Below are positions 1-13,600 of a DNA stretch of 64,000 nucleotides, piece after piece. How positions within the stretch are numbered: position 1 is the first letter of the stretch; each line of letters begins with the position of its first letter. This DNA is from Vitrella brassicaformis CCMP3155 (lineage: Eukaryota > Protista > Chromerida): the NCBI GenBank assembly GCA_001179505.1, contig CDMY01000061.1:62001-126000 (forward strand), given 5' to 3'. The notes below the pieces were generated by a model, which saw nothing but the letters and a program-made list of their open reading frames with translations, was not told where the DNA came from and ran no database searches. The translations under genes and the position numbers were made by a program.

Positions 1-1276
1 CCCCCGCAGCCAAGACACTCCTGGCGTTGTCACACAGACAGACAGACAGACGATTGTGTCTCACGCGCAAGGGCGAGAGTGTGCGTGGGCCCACCTACCT
101 TGTGAGTGTGTCATTATCCGTGTCTCGCGCACCGGCGGGGCTTCGGCAGCTGCCTGTGCTGCGGGAGGCTCGGCCTTCACGGCCCTGCTAATGCCCCGTC
201 GTAACTCATCGAAAGTCACAACACCGTTCTGCTTGACATCAAGCTCTCTGAAGAGGCTCGATGCCGCTGCATCGTCGATGTCTCTGTCGAGGTCCAATCG
301 CTGGAGAGATCGGCAGAACTCTAGCCGCGTCAGCCTGTGGGCAGACGAGCGCCATGACATACGCATGGCATCATCTCTGTCTGGTTCATTCCCTTTCCTC
401 TTTGACTCACCGGTCATCAAAGTTCTCATCCATGCGAAGAAACGCCTTGTCGAGTGTGCCGAACCGACGCACAAGAACATCACGCAGCTCGACCAGAGAC
501 AGAGGAGGGGCTGCAGATGGCGGCTGAGGAGCAGCGACAGGCGAGACGGCAGCTGAGACTGCCGGCGTCTCTCTCGGACGAATGACCCCCTGCTGCTGTG
601 CCATGGCTTGAGCCCTCTCAAACTGAGACGCCATGTCCTGCTCGCCCCTCCCCCTCGCCGGCACATCATATTGTGGCTCCCCATCTCTGTCCCGGCCCTC
701 GTCGTGACGATCCACCTCCCCAGCACGCCGACGTGCCCCCACGTCCTCATAGCTCTGGGTGGCCTCCTTACGGAAGGTCATGGGCGCCTCAGGCATTGGG
801 TGGTAGGGTTCAGATGGCTGTGTTGCGAGGGGCGGCGGGTGAAGCGGCATCTGATAAAGTGGCTGTTGTTGCTGTGCTGGATATGGCTGTTCGTCTGCTG
901 CTGTGAGTGAGTATGTGGCCTGCGGGGAGTAGGGGGGCGGGGCGGGACCCATGGCTGGGGCAGCGTACGCGGTTGGGGAAGGGAGAGGGGCAGATGGAGG
1001 AACGGGCGGGGGCTGCGAGGGAGGGGGATAAACCGAAGGCTGTATGAGAACAATGTAGAATGACGTTGATGTTGCATCGTGCTCACCACCGCTCACCTGC
1101 ACATCGTGACGGCCTGGGTGGGCGGAGACCGGCCGTCCGTGTGTAGGGGGTGCGGGTCGACCATAAATCTCCCACATGTCCCCCTCGAGGTCCCCCTCGT
1201 CGGCTGAGTCGTCCCACACCTCCGCGATGTCCTCGGGGATGTCGTCCTCAAAATCGTTGTCATACTCACCGGACAT
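1..1276 (-). CDS. Multi-exon EF-hand protein with acidic/Pro-rich N-terminus; runs off the left edge of the window
   Basis: ATG at 1276 (MSGEYDNDFEDD). ORF 407..1276 ends in ...FGTLDKAFLRMDENFDD with a GTGAGT donor near 410. The next exon (ORF 61..750 frame) reads RLTRLEFCRSLQRL...SSLFRELDVKQNGVVTFDELRRGI, a pair of EF-hand-like loops. GTAGGT donor near 98. Confidence 0.65.
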
Positions 1277-1830
1277 GCCGAGCCGGGACTACCAGAAGTA
1301 TAACAGAGAAACAAGCCAAGCAGATCAGGGAAAGTCGTAGACGCTCTTTGAGACAAACACACCCAGATCACTTGACAGTCTCAGAAGTTTGACGTCCAAG
1401 GCAGCTGTTTCAGCGTCTCGTCACGAACACACCTCGAAACACCCAAGGAACACCCTCTTTCTCCTGTGCGTAGAACACTTCATCAATGTTCTTGTTGTGT
1501 AACACTGTTGTGTAACTGTTGCCGCCAAACAGGTTAGTACCTGGATTTGGTGCTTGTTACCTGGATTCGCTGCTTGTTTTGCGGCTGCGAGCGGGGATCC
1601 AGATCCAGTTCAGCTCACTGCGTGGCACACTTTTGCCAGTGCCACAGCGGGTGACGTGGGGGCCGCCTGAGGGCCCCCACCCAGTCTCCAAGTCCGAGTC
1701 GGAAACGCACACGGGAGGACAGAACAGTTCTCAGGGGCCCACGGAGAACCCAGTCTCTTACCCAACAGTCTGTCTGGACCGCCGGCCACTGCAGTAAACG
1801 AAGTCTTCTGTAAGCAAGAGTCTCGAGTCG

Positions 1831-4800
1831 ATGCAGGCAGTTGAGCGTCCTCCCAGCATGGTGCCGACGCACCCTCCCCACCTGCCCTTCCTGCCCGGCA
1901 CGTCCTTCAGCGACCCGCGCAAGACCCACCACCCCAAGACACAGACACTCGTCTACTGCACTGACAGCCGGGCCGACAACATCAAGGCTGAGAACATCGC
2001 ACTCGACGAGGAGGTTGGTTGGCCAAAAGCAGAGAGTCGGCATGGGGACCTCTGCAGTGTGTCATGCACTTATGTCATATGCAGGTGCTGCAGTCGATGA
2101 ACAGCACGGCTGCGTGGCGGATTGACACATCTCGGCCCGTCATCACACACGACGAGCGCAGGGCTGCCAAGGACGCCCTCAGAAACACTTACAGGCACCG
2201 AAGTGGCACGGGAACGTGTCTCTATGTGCATCAGTGTCTCCTGTCTCTCTCTCTGTCTCTCCCTCCTCAGGCCGACCATCCAGCCCGCCTGGCTGAAGCA
2301 TGACCGCCAAGTCCTGCGGTTCTTCTGCTTCTACCAGGAGCCTGTGGTTGAGCGCCCTGACGAGAACTTCCGTGTGCGCAACTGTGTGCTCAACTACCAC
2401 CTTGAAGACGGAACGGTCCAGATGAATGAGCCCAAGGTGGAGAACAGCGGCATTCCCCAGGGCCCCTTCCTCAAACGACACCGCGCACGCAAACCCGACG
2501 GCACGGGAGACCTTCTGCCCGGAGACATCAAGGTCAGGCGACCGCGAGAACCACAGAGATACATATGCCATGGGGGATTGTGTTGTGTGTGTGTATGTGT
2601 GTGTCAGCTTGGGATGAAGCTGGAGCTGTACGGCAAGGTGTTCCGCGTGGCGGATTGTGACGACTTCACCAAGTGGTTCTACCAGCAGGCTGGCTTCGAG
2701 CTGGGCACGCCTGTCGAGACACGCACCGACAACTTCTTCGACAACTCGGTCATCAAGCGGTCCACCCTGGGCGCCAAGAAACTCATTCCCAAGGAAGTCG
2801 CCGAGCAAAAGGAATACACCGGTATGTGTGTGGCCGCTTTCTCGAGGTTACGTGGGCCATGCGGCTCATTGGATTGCTGCGTCTTCAGAGGTGATGCTGG
2901 GCGGAGCCCGTAAGAACCTCCGCTTGCAGCAGTTCCTGGACAACGACCGGCGTGTGCTGCGGTTCTACTGCTACTGGGACGACCTCGCCAGGTATGGCGC
3001 TCGCGTCTATTACGTCCTCCACTACTTTCTGTCAGGTGCGCCCGCCCGCCTCTCTCTTTGTCTGGCTCACATGTGGCTGATGTGTGTGTGCAGACGACAC
3101 GGTGGAGATCCTGGAGCAGCACCCCCGCAACAGTGGGCGCGACCCCTTCCCCGTCTTTTTGCGGCGACAGAAGCTGACCAAGAACCCCGAGGTCAAGGCC
3201 TGCCCGGGGCTCATGGAGAATGCACCCAAACCATACAGGCCAGCCACCCAGCCTGCAATGAATGCAGGACTTCACTCACGAGACAGACACATACGGCTTG
3301 CATACTTACAAGTGAGTGAATGCGTGTGTTTTAACAGGACTCACGACATGATGGTTGGGGGCGAGATCAGCGTGTACAACCGCCGGTTCCACCTGTACGA
3401 CTGCGACGACTTCACGCGGCAGTTCTACAAGGACTACCTTAACATCACCCAACCCAGGGACGATATTCCAAAGGAAGTTGCGGTGCGTACGGCCATTGTT
3501 TGGGGTGGTGGGGTGGTGAGGGAGGTCTCTCGCTGTGTACATGCAGGACCTGCCCAAGCTGGATGACCCGCCCCACATCGGTCTGGGCTCTGACGAAGAC
3601 TCACTCGCCACCTGCAAACACCTGGTGTGCAAATCAAACGGGGCGGCTGCCTGCGCTCCACTACTGTGTTGCCTTTTGATGCCCGCAGGTGCCCCGACCG
3701 CTGAAGGTGGACATGCAGAAACTGCTGACGATGAGTGATAAGATGCTCAGATTCGAAGTAAGTAGTGCCCTCGCATACCGGCACGCGCCATCCGTCGTGT
3801 TTCATGTTTCCCCTCCCTTGTGTCGTGCGTGTCTCATATGTATGTTGCTTCTCTGCGCGCGTGCGTGTCAGGGTCGGGTGGTGAATGGCCAGAAGGAGGA
3901 CGAGCGTCGTCGGTTCATCATCGGCATGCGGCTGTCGGACGAGGCCATGGGCGTCTGGGAACTTCGATGCAGAAACTCCGGACACGTACACAAACATCAA
4001 ACACGGCCACGCACACTTTCTAAGCTTTTGCTTGCTTGCATCTGTGTCATATATGACAGACGGAGGGCAAGTTTGCTGAGCTGGGGAGGAAGAAGGTCAG
4101 ACTCACCAGACAGCCATCTATCTCATCTGTGTCTCACTCTCTCTGTGCTGTGGCTGCACTGTTTGTTGGTTCAGAATCCGATGGCGCCAGCGGGTCCCCG
4201 TCCAAGCTTCTACAAACCCGAGGACCTCTTCGTGGGCGCCACCATATTCGTCTCAGCCACGCCTTTCTATCTCATACGAGCCGACGAGTATACACTCAAA
4301 GTGAGGAAGGAGTGTGTGACGGACGGCCCACAGATGTTTGTCATGTGTTTGTCTCACTACACTGTGTGTGTGTATGTGTATGCAGTACATGGAGACGCAC
4401 CCGGCTCAGTTCCCACTCGCCGGCGTCGACAACGTCCTCGCCCGCCTCAAACCCGTCCTACAACAGCTGCAGGTCAGTCAGGTGCATTGCACTGTGGCTT
4501 TGCTGTGATTGGCTACGTCGTGTCGCTGTGCGTGTCTGTCTCTGCCTGCAGGCTGATGGCGTCCGCACTGTGACGCCCGAGGAACTTAAGAGCAAGGTGG
4601 TGGAGGCCCTAGGCGAAGACGGGGCGCTCATTGTACGAGACGCCACACACACACACACGTCCATCCGCCCGTGTATGTCTGAGTTGTCTGTGCAGGAGCA
4701 CGAGTTGATAACGTTGATACGGCACCCGTCGGCCCTCCCGCCCGACAGCGCCCTCGAGGCACCCGATGCACCACTCAAGCTCAATATCGACGCACTGCTG

Positions 4801-4836
4801 CCGCCACAGACACAGACGGACGCCGCCAACCAGTGA
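1831..4836 (+). CDS. EFHC1: EFHC1/Rib72-family axonemal microtubule inner protein with three DM10 domains (multi-exon)
   Basis: N-terminal LPFLPGTSFSDPRKTHH motif. DM10-1 QPAWLKHDRQVLRFFCFYQE...NEPKVENSGIPQGPFLKRH; DM10-2 FLDNDRRVLRFYCYWDD...YFLSDDTVEILE...NSGRDPFPVFLRRQKL; DM10-3 KMLRFE...RRFIIGMRLSDEAMGVWE...FYKPEDLFVGATIFVSATPFYLIRADEYTL. GT-AG introns join these; stop at 4834-4836. Confidence 0.9.
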
Positions 4837-5142
4837 TCGGCCAAAGGGCAGGCAGGCAGGCAGACAGACAGACGGACGGACCGTCATCGGCCGATTGATG
4901 TGTGGACGAATGTTTGGAAGCGCAACCATTCGGATGAATCAATGTGTGTGTGGCATGCAGAGGGAGGACGGGAACAGCAGCACTTCACATAACGAACGAT
5001 TGATACATACGTTGACCGACCGTCAGTCCTCACAAACAAACGTCACACACAGGGAACACACAGAGACACTCCACCACACCACACCACACCACACCACAGC
5101 TCCCTGACTTAGTCAACTAACGTGTCACTGCACTCACTGCAC

Positions 5143-6638
5143 TCACTGCCCCTCAGTCTGCTCGCCGTAAGAGGCATGCGCCCACATCTTCATCTGCACC
5201 ACCAGCCCCTCCCTCCCGTCACTGCCTTCACTGCCGTACCGACCCGTCAGGCCTTCAGCAAACCGGTAGATACGGCTGATCAGCACCGGCACAGGCGGCC
5301 CCCCGATGTGCGTAGTTGACAGGCGGCTGTGGAGGCCACTCCCTTCGTGGCAGGGGGCCAGCAGATCGGCGGTGCTGATATTTCTCACGGTCGACGGCCT
5401 CGCGCTGCCGGACCAGCCTTCGGGCTTCAACACGTTGATCAGTTGTACGATCAGAACACCTACACAGACAAATGCAGAGAGAGATTTACATACCGTGGGT
5501 GTGGTGTGGTGTCAAGTCACGCTTTCCCTCTGTGTGTACCACACCACATGGTGCATCTCACCCACTGCACTGCCTGCCCTGCCTACCATCTAGAATCTCG
5601 AGGTGCGTGGCTATGATGATCCAGTAGTTCCCCCGCCGCCCTACAAAGCAAAAAGGCAGCAGCAGCAGACACAGTCGATCGATCCATCGTGCCAGGCCAG
5701 GGAACCTCACCATATGTCCATGCCCCCCTCCATCTGGCCTTCCACGGTTTCGGCACTTCACTCGTTGACAAGGCCACCACTTCACCAAACACCGGCTCCA
5801 GGTGCTGCTTGACAAGTTGGACCAGATCCACCAACACCTTCCGGCGGGCGATCACAATGCGCCCACGGCGGGAGAACAGAAGCGCCGGCAGGTCACGCCG
5901 GTACTGTTGTCCGATGTACTCGCTGAGGTTGCTCCGGATGTCACTCCCGCGCTTGAAGACCGGTGCGTGGTTGCCGCCAAGAACTCGTGATAAGAGAGGG
6001 CCATCGACCTTGACGCGCAGGAGCAGCTGCTGGGCACTCTCTAGGTCCATGGTACATTGAAGGCCGCTGCACGCGCCGTATCTCATGACGTCGGTGTCTG
6101 TGAAGGCCAGCGGCAGGGCTGCCACTCTGCCGGTCCCCTCGAGCAGCAGCAGGAACTGCGTGATGAGCTGCGTGAGAGCCCCGTCCGGCAGTAGCGACTT
6201 GAGCACGATGATTCTGCTGACGTCATGGACGAGAGAGAACGTCACGGTGTGCCCGATGGTTGTGTGCAAGTGGGCGATGCGTCTGTCGAGCTCGACGGTG
6301 ACCAATTGCCAGCACGTGGCGTGACAAACTGCTCGGAGGACCGCCAAATCGACCTGCATCACCATGAGAGATAGAGAGGGCAATGAATGCAAGGCGACAT
6401 TCATTTGATGGTGCAGGTCGAGCTCACCGCCTCTTACCACATTGAGTCGTGGCAGAATGTCATCCCTGAGGAGCTCTGCTGGCAGCGGCAGCGCCAGGGG
6501 GACTCGCAGCGCAGGGGAGGGCCGCGGGACAACAGGAAACTCATCGATAACACTCAAAGGGTCACCTGGTCCGGCACCCAAGCATTTGGCATCACCAGGA
6601 CCCTCAGCAAAGGCGCAACACGACCAGTTGGAGCCCAT
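5143..6638 (-). CDS. F-box-like protein with predicted N-myristoylation/palmitoylation (MGSNWSCC), 4 exons
   Basis: ATG at 6638. Splicing out 6437-6354 gives LPAELLRDDILPRLNV|VDLAVLRAVC, matching the F-box consensus LPxELLxxILxxLxxxDLxxxxxVC. Phase-compatible downstream exons end in ORF 5143..5433. Confidence 0.6.
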
Positions 6639-6790
6639 TAGCGCGAAACTTTCTTGCGAACCGCCGCTGCGAATCAGCAACACACACTTCTTCAACCATG
6701 TGCGCAGCAGCAGCGGTTTCAGAGAGCACCCTGAGGGCCTGAGGGGGGCGAGCTCGCGCGCGTCTCGCCCTCACCCAAGCGGAAACAACG

Positions 6791-9700
6791 ATGTTTCTCT
6801 CGCGTGATGCTTTCCTTGACGACGGCAAGAACACGTCTGCCACCGCTGCCCCTCACCCAACCACAAACGGCACCCATGCGGTTGGATCTTTTTCTACGCC
6901 CGACGGGCCTCGCGCAAGCCACGCTGCTGCACCAGGGGCAGCGGCTTTGGGGAATGGGGCCGTGTCTGCCACGGCGGGGGAGCCACACAGGGAAAGAGTG
7001 GCCGGTCCGGTGGAGACGTATGACAGCATGCCAGCCGGGGCAGGGGTCGCGAGCGGCGGCGGACTGGAGAGGCCATCGACGGCGACAAACCTGTACGAAG
7101 ATGACAGAGGGACATGGCATTGCATGCACTGAAGCCAACACGCCACCAGTGAGTGCTCTGTGTGTGCGGCCTTGTTTGTTTCGTTCAGGAAGGAGAAGCT
7201 CCGCCATCAGAGGGAGGCCATGAAGAGGCGGCAGGCCGCCCACTCACACGCGCCGTCGGGTTTTGTGCAGCCAACCACGGCCTCCGCACCGTCCCCTTCT
7301 GCTTCGACGCCATCTGCCGGCGCATCTGACACAGCTACCTCCCCCTCTTTGGTCTCGGCCGGCCCGTCAGTCATGTCCAGGGGCGGTAGGCGGCATTCGG
7401 GCTCCCTGCCGAGGGCGGCTGTGGTTGCTGTCGCACAACGTACGTGAGGGGAGACAGACAAGACAAGACAAGACAGACACCTACAGAGAGAGCGGCGCGG
7501 TGAGTGGGGTCTTGACTTTTCTTGGATGCGATACAGACACGAGCGCTGCTGAGGCAGCCACCCCAACATCAACAGCAACACCGACAATGGCCAAGGAAGC
7601 CCCACCGACTGAGGTACGGTGGACGCACTCTCCACCATAATCCAATTCCCGATCTCTCTTCCTTTGATTTGAGCCAATGCACACCCGCTTTGCTTTGCAT
7701 GGCGGGTGTTCACTTCAGGCCGTTGAGTCCGTCCTTACCCACGACGCCCCCCACTGTGCTGGTTCGGACGAGTGCGATGACGACGAGCGGTCAGAGCTGG
7801 GCGGGGAGGGGGAGGTGGCCGTGGGGGACGATGCCCGCGCCCACGCCGCCAGTCAATTTTCGATTGACGACAAGGGAGAGGGAGAAGGCGAAAGAGACAA
7901 TGGACGTCGGCCCTCGAGGACGTACGCGTCTGAGGATGCGGCTGTGATGGAGGCCAGGCGGCGCAGCCTGGCAGAGAAAATGAAACACAGCGGCATCACG
8001 GACGTGTAAGCCAGTGGATGGGATGCCAGCCATACGAGGGGAGACACACACTTACGGCATTAAGGGATGGACTGTGTGTGTTACTTACAGGTTCGACCCC
8101 ACTCCCATCGAGCGAGCGCCGTCTTGCCCCTTCGAGACGGCTGTCAGAACCGCCACCGACCTGCGGCCGCTGCTGCTCAAGTACAGCCAGCACCATCGAT
8201 CGACACACAAAGAAGGAGACATAACGTCCGCTTCGCTTCGCCTGCGTCTGTGTCATTCATTCGTTGACTCAGTCCGCCTGCCAAGGGCGGCATGGTTGAG
8301 TGCCAGATCGTTCGGGAGAAGGGAGGGCTCAACAAACTGTTCCCCAAGTACACCCTACAAACTGAGGTCCGAAGCACGTATCGGGGGAGGAACACTCAGT
8401 CACATGTCGTTGTTGTTGCTGTGTCTCTTTGTCTTCAGAAGGGGATATTTCTGATGCGCTCGCAGAAAAGAAAACACAATAAGGTCTGCAGGTCGAGTCG
8501 AATGGATGGCACGCAATGAGCTGGTCTGGTCACGCCTCCCTCCCTCCCATGAGTGTCTGCCTTGCGTGTGTGTGGTTCAGACGTCCAATTACTGGGTCTG
8601 GATGGGCTACGAGGACCCAACCAAGGACTCACCCAACTTCCTGGGAAAACTGAGGTGGGTAGGCTTGTGGCCCTCCCTCCAATGTCATTCATGATGGGTG
8701 GGTATGTCTGTCTGGCGTCCCTTTGGCTTCTCCCTGCCTGCCTCCCCTCCCCACCTTCCAGGGCTAATTTCATTGGCTCCGAGTACACGCTCTTCGGCGA
8801 CGGCGATGGCTCGCCCTCCTCAAGAGTAACAAAACAGCCAGCCCACCACATGGCTGGCACACTTGCACGCCCAGCTGTCTTGTTTCCCACTGTTGGTTGG
8901 GTGGATTCACTGGTTCAGAGTGCGTCTTTTTCGTCATCCCAGTCAGCGTCTGCCCGGACAGCGCTGAGTGGCGTGTCCGCCAGCAATGTCCTGAGTGGGG
9001 GGACGGACCAGAACATCCAGCAGCAGCTACAGCTACAGCAGCAGGAACAAGTCGCGGGAATCACTTATGTAGGCGTTGGTCTCTGGATAGAAACGCTAAG
9101 CAGGGATCGCATCGCGGGGGATTTCATGTGTGTGTATGTGTGTGTGTGTGTGAATGCAACTGTGTATGTGCAGACGAGCCACTTGTGGGGTCGTCGGCCG
9201 CGGGGGCCGCGGCAGATGCAGGTCGTCATCCCAATGGTCAGTCAGTCAGGGGGGAGACATCTATCCATCCATTGGAACACATTGACTGCGTTGACAAAGT
9301 CGACTGACTGACTGACACTCTGTTTGTCTGTGGGGCGTGCGTGTGCGCCTATCTTTGGCGCCCACATGCCCATGTGTGTGTGCAGGTGCACACGAGCAAC
9401 GAGCGGTGGGTCTGCCGACCCGCAAACCACGAGGAGGAAGGTGACTGATGACACACAGACAGACAGAAGATACAAACATAGAACACAAGCAACCAAACCG
9501 TTTTCGCCTCTGTGTGTGTGTGTGTGTGTGCGTGTCTTCTGGAAGGGTTGTTGAGTTACCTGAAGGTGGGCGACACGACCCACGTGCTCACCTTCCAGAA
9601 CAAACAGCCCAAGTGGAACGAACGTATGCGCCTCTGGGCAGACAGACACACACACACACACACCCCGTGTGTGTGGGTGGACGCTGTGTGTGTGTGGATA

Positions 9701-10017
9701 TCTGGGTGTGTGGGAACAGACATCGGTGCGTTCGTATTGAATTTCAACAAGCGCGTGACCCAGGCGTCCGTCAAGAACTTCCAGCTTGTCGCCAACGACG
9801 ACCGTAAGAGAGACACGCACACACTGTGACAGGCACCACTCGTGTGCTGCCTGCGCATGTGGGTGGGCATTGCGTTGTGCAGCGGACACGGTGTACTTGC
9901 AGTTCGGCCGCGTCGGCAAGGACACATTCAACATGGACTTCAGGCAAGGCAAACCAATTGCACATACCAAAGACACACAGGAGGGGAAGACCAACGCACC
10001 GTACGCTCCCCCCCCCC
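6791..10017 (+). CDS. Tubby-like protein (C-terminal Tubby domain); 3' end lost in assembly gap
   Basis: Spliced exons give PAKGGMVECQIVREKGGLNKLFPKYTL / IFLMRSQKRKHNK / TSNYWVW...NFLGKLR / ANFIGSEYTLFGDG / GRRPRGPRQMQVVIP / LTFQNKQPKWNE / AFVLNFNKRVTQASVKNFQLV / VYLQFGRVGKDTFNMDFR, the diagnostic Tubby motifs in order. Start codon and first exons are less certain. Confidence 0.9.
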
Positions 10018-10317
10018 NNNNNNNNNNNNNNNNNNNNNNNNNNNNNNNNNNNNNNNNNNNNNNNNNNNNNNNNNNNNNNNNNNNNNNNNNNNNNNNNNNN
10101 NNNNNNNNNNNNNNNNNNNNNNNNNNNNNNNNNNNNNNNNNNNNNNNNNNNNNNNNNNNNNNNNNNNNNNNNNNNNNNNNNNNNNNNNNNNNNNNNNNNN
10201 NNNNNNNNNNNNNNNNNNNNNNNNNNNNNNNNNNNNNNNNNNNNNNNNNNNNNNNNNNNNNNNNNNNNNNNNNNNNNNNNNNNNNNNNNNNNNNNNNNNN
10301 NNNNNNNNNNNNNNNNN
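10018..10317. other. Assembly gap (300 N) adjacent to a poly-C tract
   Basis: N run preceded by a C homopolymer inside a Tubby intron. Confidence 0.99.
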
Positions 10318-10618
10318 ATAGTGGCAGTAGCACACACACATGCGTTCCGTGGTCGTGGATGGGATGCCATGGCACCACTGGTCGACTGATTTGATGAATG
10401 AATGAAGGTGGACGGACATCGCTAGCTGCTTGAATCACAAGTCAGTCAACACGTACTGAACGTATCGCTGGCTGGTCACGTGTAGTGAGTGTACTACTCA
10501 ACACACCAACACACGCACAGTTCGCCTGTCTGTCTGTCTGTCTGTCTCCATCCATCCATCCACCCATCCATCCATCAGTGTCTGTCTGTGTGTCTGTCTG
10601 TCTGTCTGTCTGTGTGTG

Positions 10619-13600
10619 TCATGCTGCCGGTCCCACGCCATTGGTGGTGGCACCAGACGACGACGAGCCGCCCTCCTTGAGCGTATCGGCCGCCAGATAC
10701 CTGCATATATTACAAATGGCCATGATATCATTCATGTACCTACCTACCGTGTGTGCGTCACCCACCTGACATCAGGGTCTTCATCTTCTGCCAGCCGCTG
10801 CAGGGTCTCTTGCACAGCCTGACGTACGTGACACACACACAGACAAGACAGCCGCCCAGCCCAAGCATATATATCGCGCACACGCGCATAGCTATGGCTG
10901 TGCTTTGATGTGATGCGAGTACGGACCGCGTTGACAGGTTCAGGTTTGAGTGCGGCGCGCATCTTTCCGAGTGTCTTGCAGGCGTTGTACCTCACGTTGG
11001 GCACCCTGTCGTGGGCAGCCGACACGGCCAGCGGCAGCAGATGCTCCTCGATCAACTCACGGGGGAAGATCTCACACAACGTCTGGTGGCGTAAGGTAAA
11101 CCCACTCAGGGAGAGACAAGGGGATGGTTGTGAGAATATGCATGACGCCTGGCTGGCTGGCTGGCTACCTTGACGCAGAATAGGACGGTCATTCTGTGTA
11201 GGTAGTTGGGTGAGTCCTTCTGCTTGAGCAGATCAGGCAGCACATGCGACTCCGCCCACGACTGACCCAACACCTACCGATACAGACAGACAGAGAGAGG
11301 GGATGAAACCAGTGCTGTCCTTGTGTGTGGATGGCTGGATGTGATGTCTGGTCACCTCAGTGAGTTTCTTGAGGCGCTGCGATGCTGCGTCGCGTATCGA
11401 GAAGACAGGGTCCTGGAGCGCCTTTCGGTACACCTCACCCATCTCCTTCTCGAAGATGTCCACACCCTAGACAGACAACCAATACACACACGGACGGCAC
11501 AACACAACCAGGAGAGGCAGGAGAGGGAGATGTGGCTTATGTGGGTCGGTGTGTGGGGGTGTGTGTGGGTGCGGCGACTGACTGACTCACTGACCAGGTG
11601 CTGTGCGAGGATGGGTATGTGGTCCAGCACAGCCTGCCGCACACGCCACTGCTTGTCTCCCGCCAGCTCTACCACAGCCGGCAACAACGCCTGACACACA
11701 CATGGCGGCGGGGGAAGGGGGGGGGTGGGGGGAGGGACACACATGCACACACCCGGGCGGGCGAATGTGTCACTTCCGTACCTACCTCGTGGAAATTCTC
11801 GACTCCCACGACATTTGCGATTTTGTCCACACTGGCCAAGACGCGAAGACGGACCTCAGGAACCTGGTCCCTAACACGCACACACCCATATCATGATATA
11901 CAAATCGTTTGTGGTTTGGTTGATGTGAGCGTTTGTGTCGTTGTGTCGAGTTCTCCACCCATTGACCCAAACACCACCCAGCTACCTGAGGAGTGCGATG
12001 ATGATTGGCATCAGGTGTTCGAGGGTCAGGTCCTGCTCGAAGATCGGTGCCAACTCCAACACGGTCGTCGCCAACGCACCTGCACACTCAATCAAGAGGG
12101 GTGGACAAACAGACAGACAGACAGACAGACAGCATCTTGTCTGTTCGTTCTGTGTTGTGTGTCTTGTGTGTGTGTGTGTCATGACTGCGGGTGGATTGGA
12201 TGGTCAGTCACCTCTGACGAGGCTGGTCTGGTCGGTGACCAGTTTGTTGAGGGTCTCGATGGTGCTCCTGAACGTCGGCCACCCCTTCCACTCGGGAAAC
12301 CTCTGGACATATGGACATATCATCAGTATCATCAACAATCCCACCCACACACAGCACAGGCAGCCCTGGACAGTGGCTGCATCTGTGTCGGTGTTTGTGT
12401 CTGTGTGAGTGTCTTGTGCGCTGCGCTGCGCTGCGCCGTGCCGACCCACCCTGAAGATGTCGACCAGTTTGGCCGTCGCGACGGTGCGCACCTCATGCTG
12501 CATGCACTCCAACAACCAACAGAGACGCATGCCATGCGCTGGTCGGTGGGTTGGTTGGCTGGCATGTTTGCTGGTGACTCACTGACCTCCTGGTCTTCGA
12601 GCAGCGTTATGTACTTGGGAATGACGAACTCGCGCACCTGGTCGATCCCGTCTGCACTGCCCTCAGCCACTGCATCCGCCAACTGCACCTCCGTAAGCAA
12701 AACATGTTGGTCGATGGGGAGACGAGACGCATGTGTGTTGTGTGTGGTGTGTTGTGTGTGGGAAGTGCTGTACGTATGTGTTGTGGTGTAACTGACCGAC
12801 CTCTTTGAAGTTGTCAGCTGCCATGTACCGAACCCGCCACGCCTTGTCCACTGCACACACACACATTTACACACACATACAGAGGGTCACAACATGCACA
12901 CCTGCCTGCCCTGACTGAGAGCGGGTCTCTGAGTGGATGTGTGTGTGTCTTGTTCCTTCACCCACTCACTTGTGGCCGCTTCGACGACCGGTCTGACGAG
13001 TGTGTCGAATTCCTCGGGCAGCTTGCGGGTCATCGAGATGCAGTTCCTCATCACAAACAGACGCACAGAATCCTAGGAGCACACCACACACGAAAGATGG
13101 AGGGAGATGTGTATATATGTGTGTTCGGTGGCAGGGCAGGCGGTGGTGTGTGTACGTGGTCGTCGACGGATAGCTTCCTGAAGACCTCGACGACACTTTG
13201 AGTCGCCACCTGATCCTTGGGCAGCACCTCCAGGAAACTCTGCAGCCCAGCCACCAAACACACAAACAGCCACACGCAGATGGATGGATGGATGGATACC
13301 CACTCGATCCGATCGAGACCTTCCCTCCCTCCCTGCCTCCCCCCCGGCCTCGCTGACAGACACACCGAGAGGTAGTGTGCGGCTGCCCTGCGGACCATGG
13401 GCGCACTGTCGTTGCTGAGAGTCTCGAGGGTCTCCACCAGGTTGGCCTCCATCGCCAGCTCGTCGCCCAACTTCTGCCACACTGCCGGCAGCAACGCACA
13501 CGCCGACATCTTGGCCGTGAACCTGAATGAATGAATGACCACACACAGACGCGGCGCACATGCACACAGCACAGCACAGGGCTGTCGGAGGAAGGAAGGA

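Noticed and set aside
6748-6757. Palindrome GCGAGCTCGC (also 46009-46018; AGCTCGC at 14643, 24648, 55965) as a separate promoter motif
   Set aside because: Short and GC-rich in a GC-rich genome, so chance occurrence cannot be excluded without counts; noted only as a frequent neighbour of the AGCGGTTTC element.
9242-10438. Long ORFs containing poly-X (also near 34803-35385, 43680-44595, 62335-63373)
   Set aside because: Artefacts of translating through 300-N gaps.
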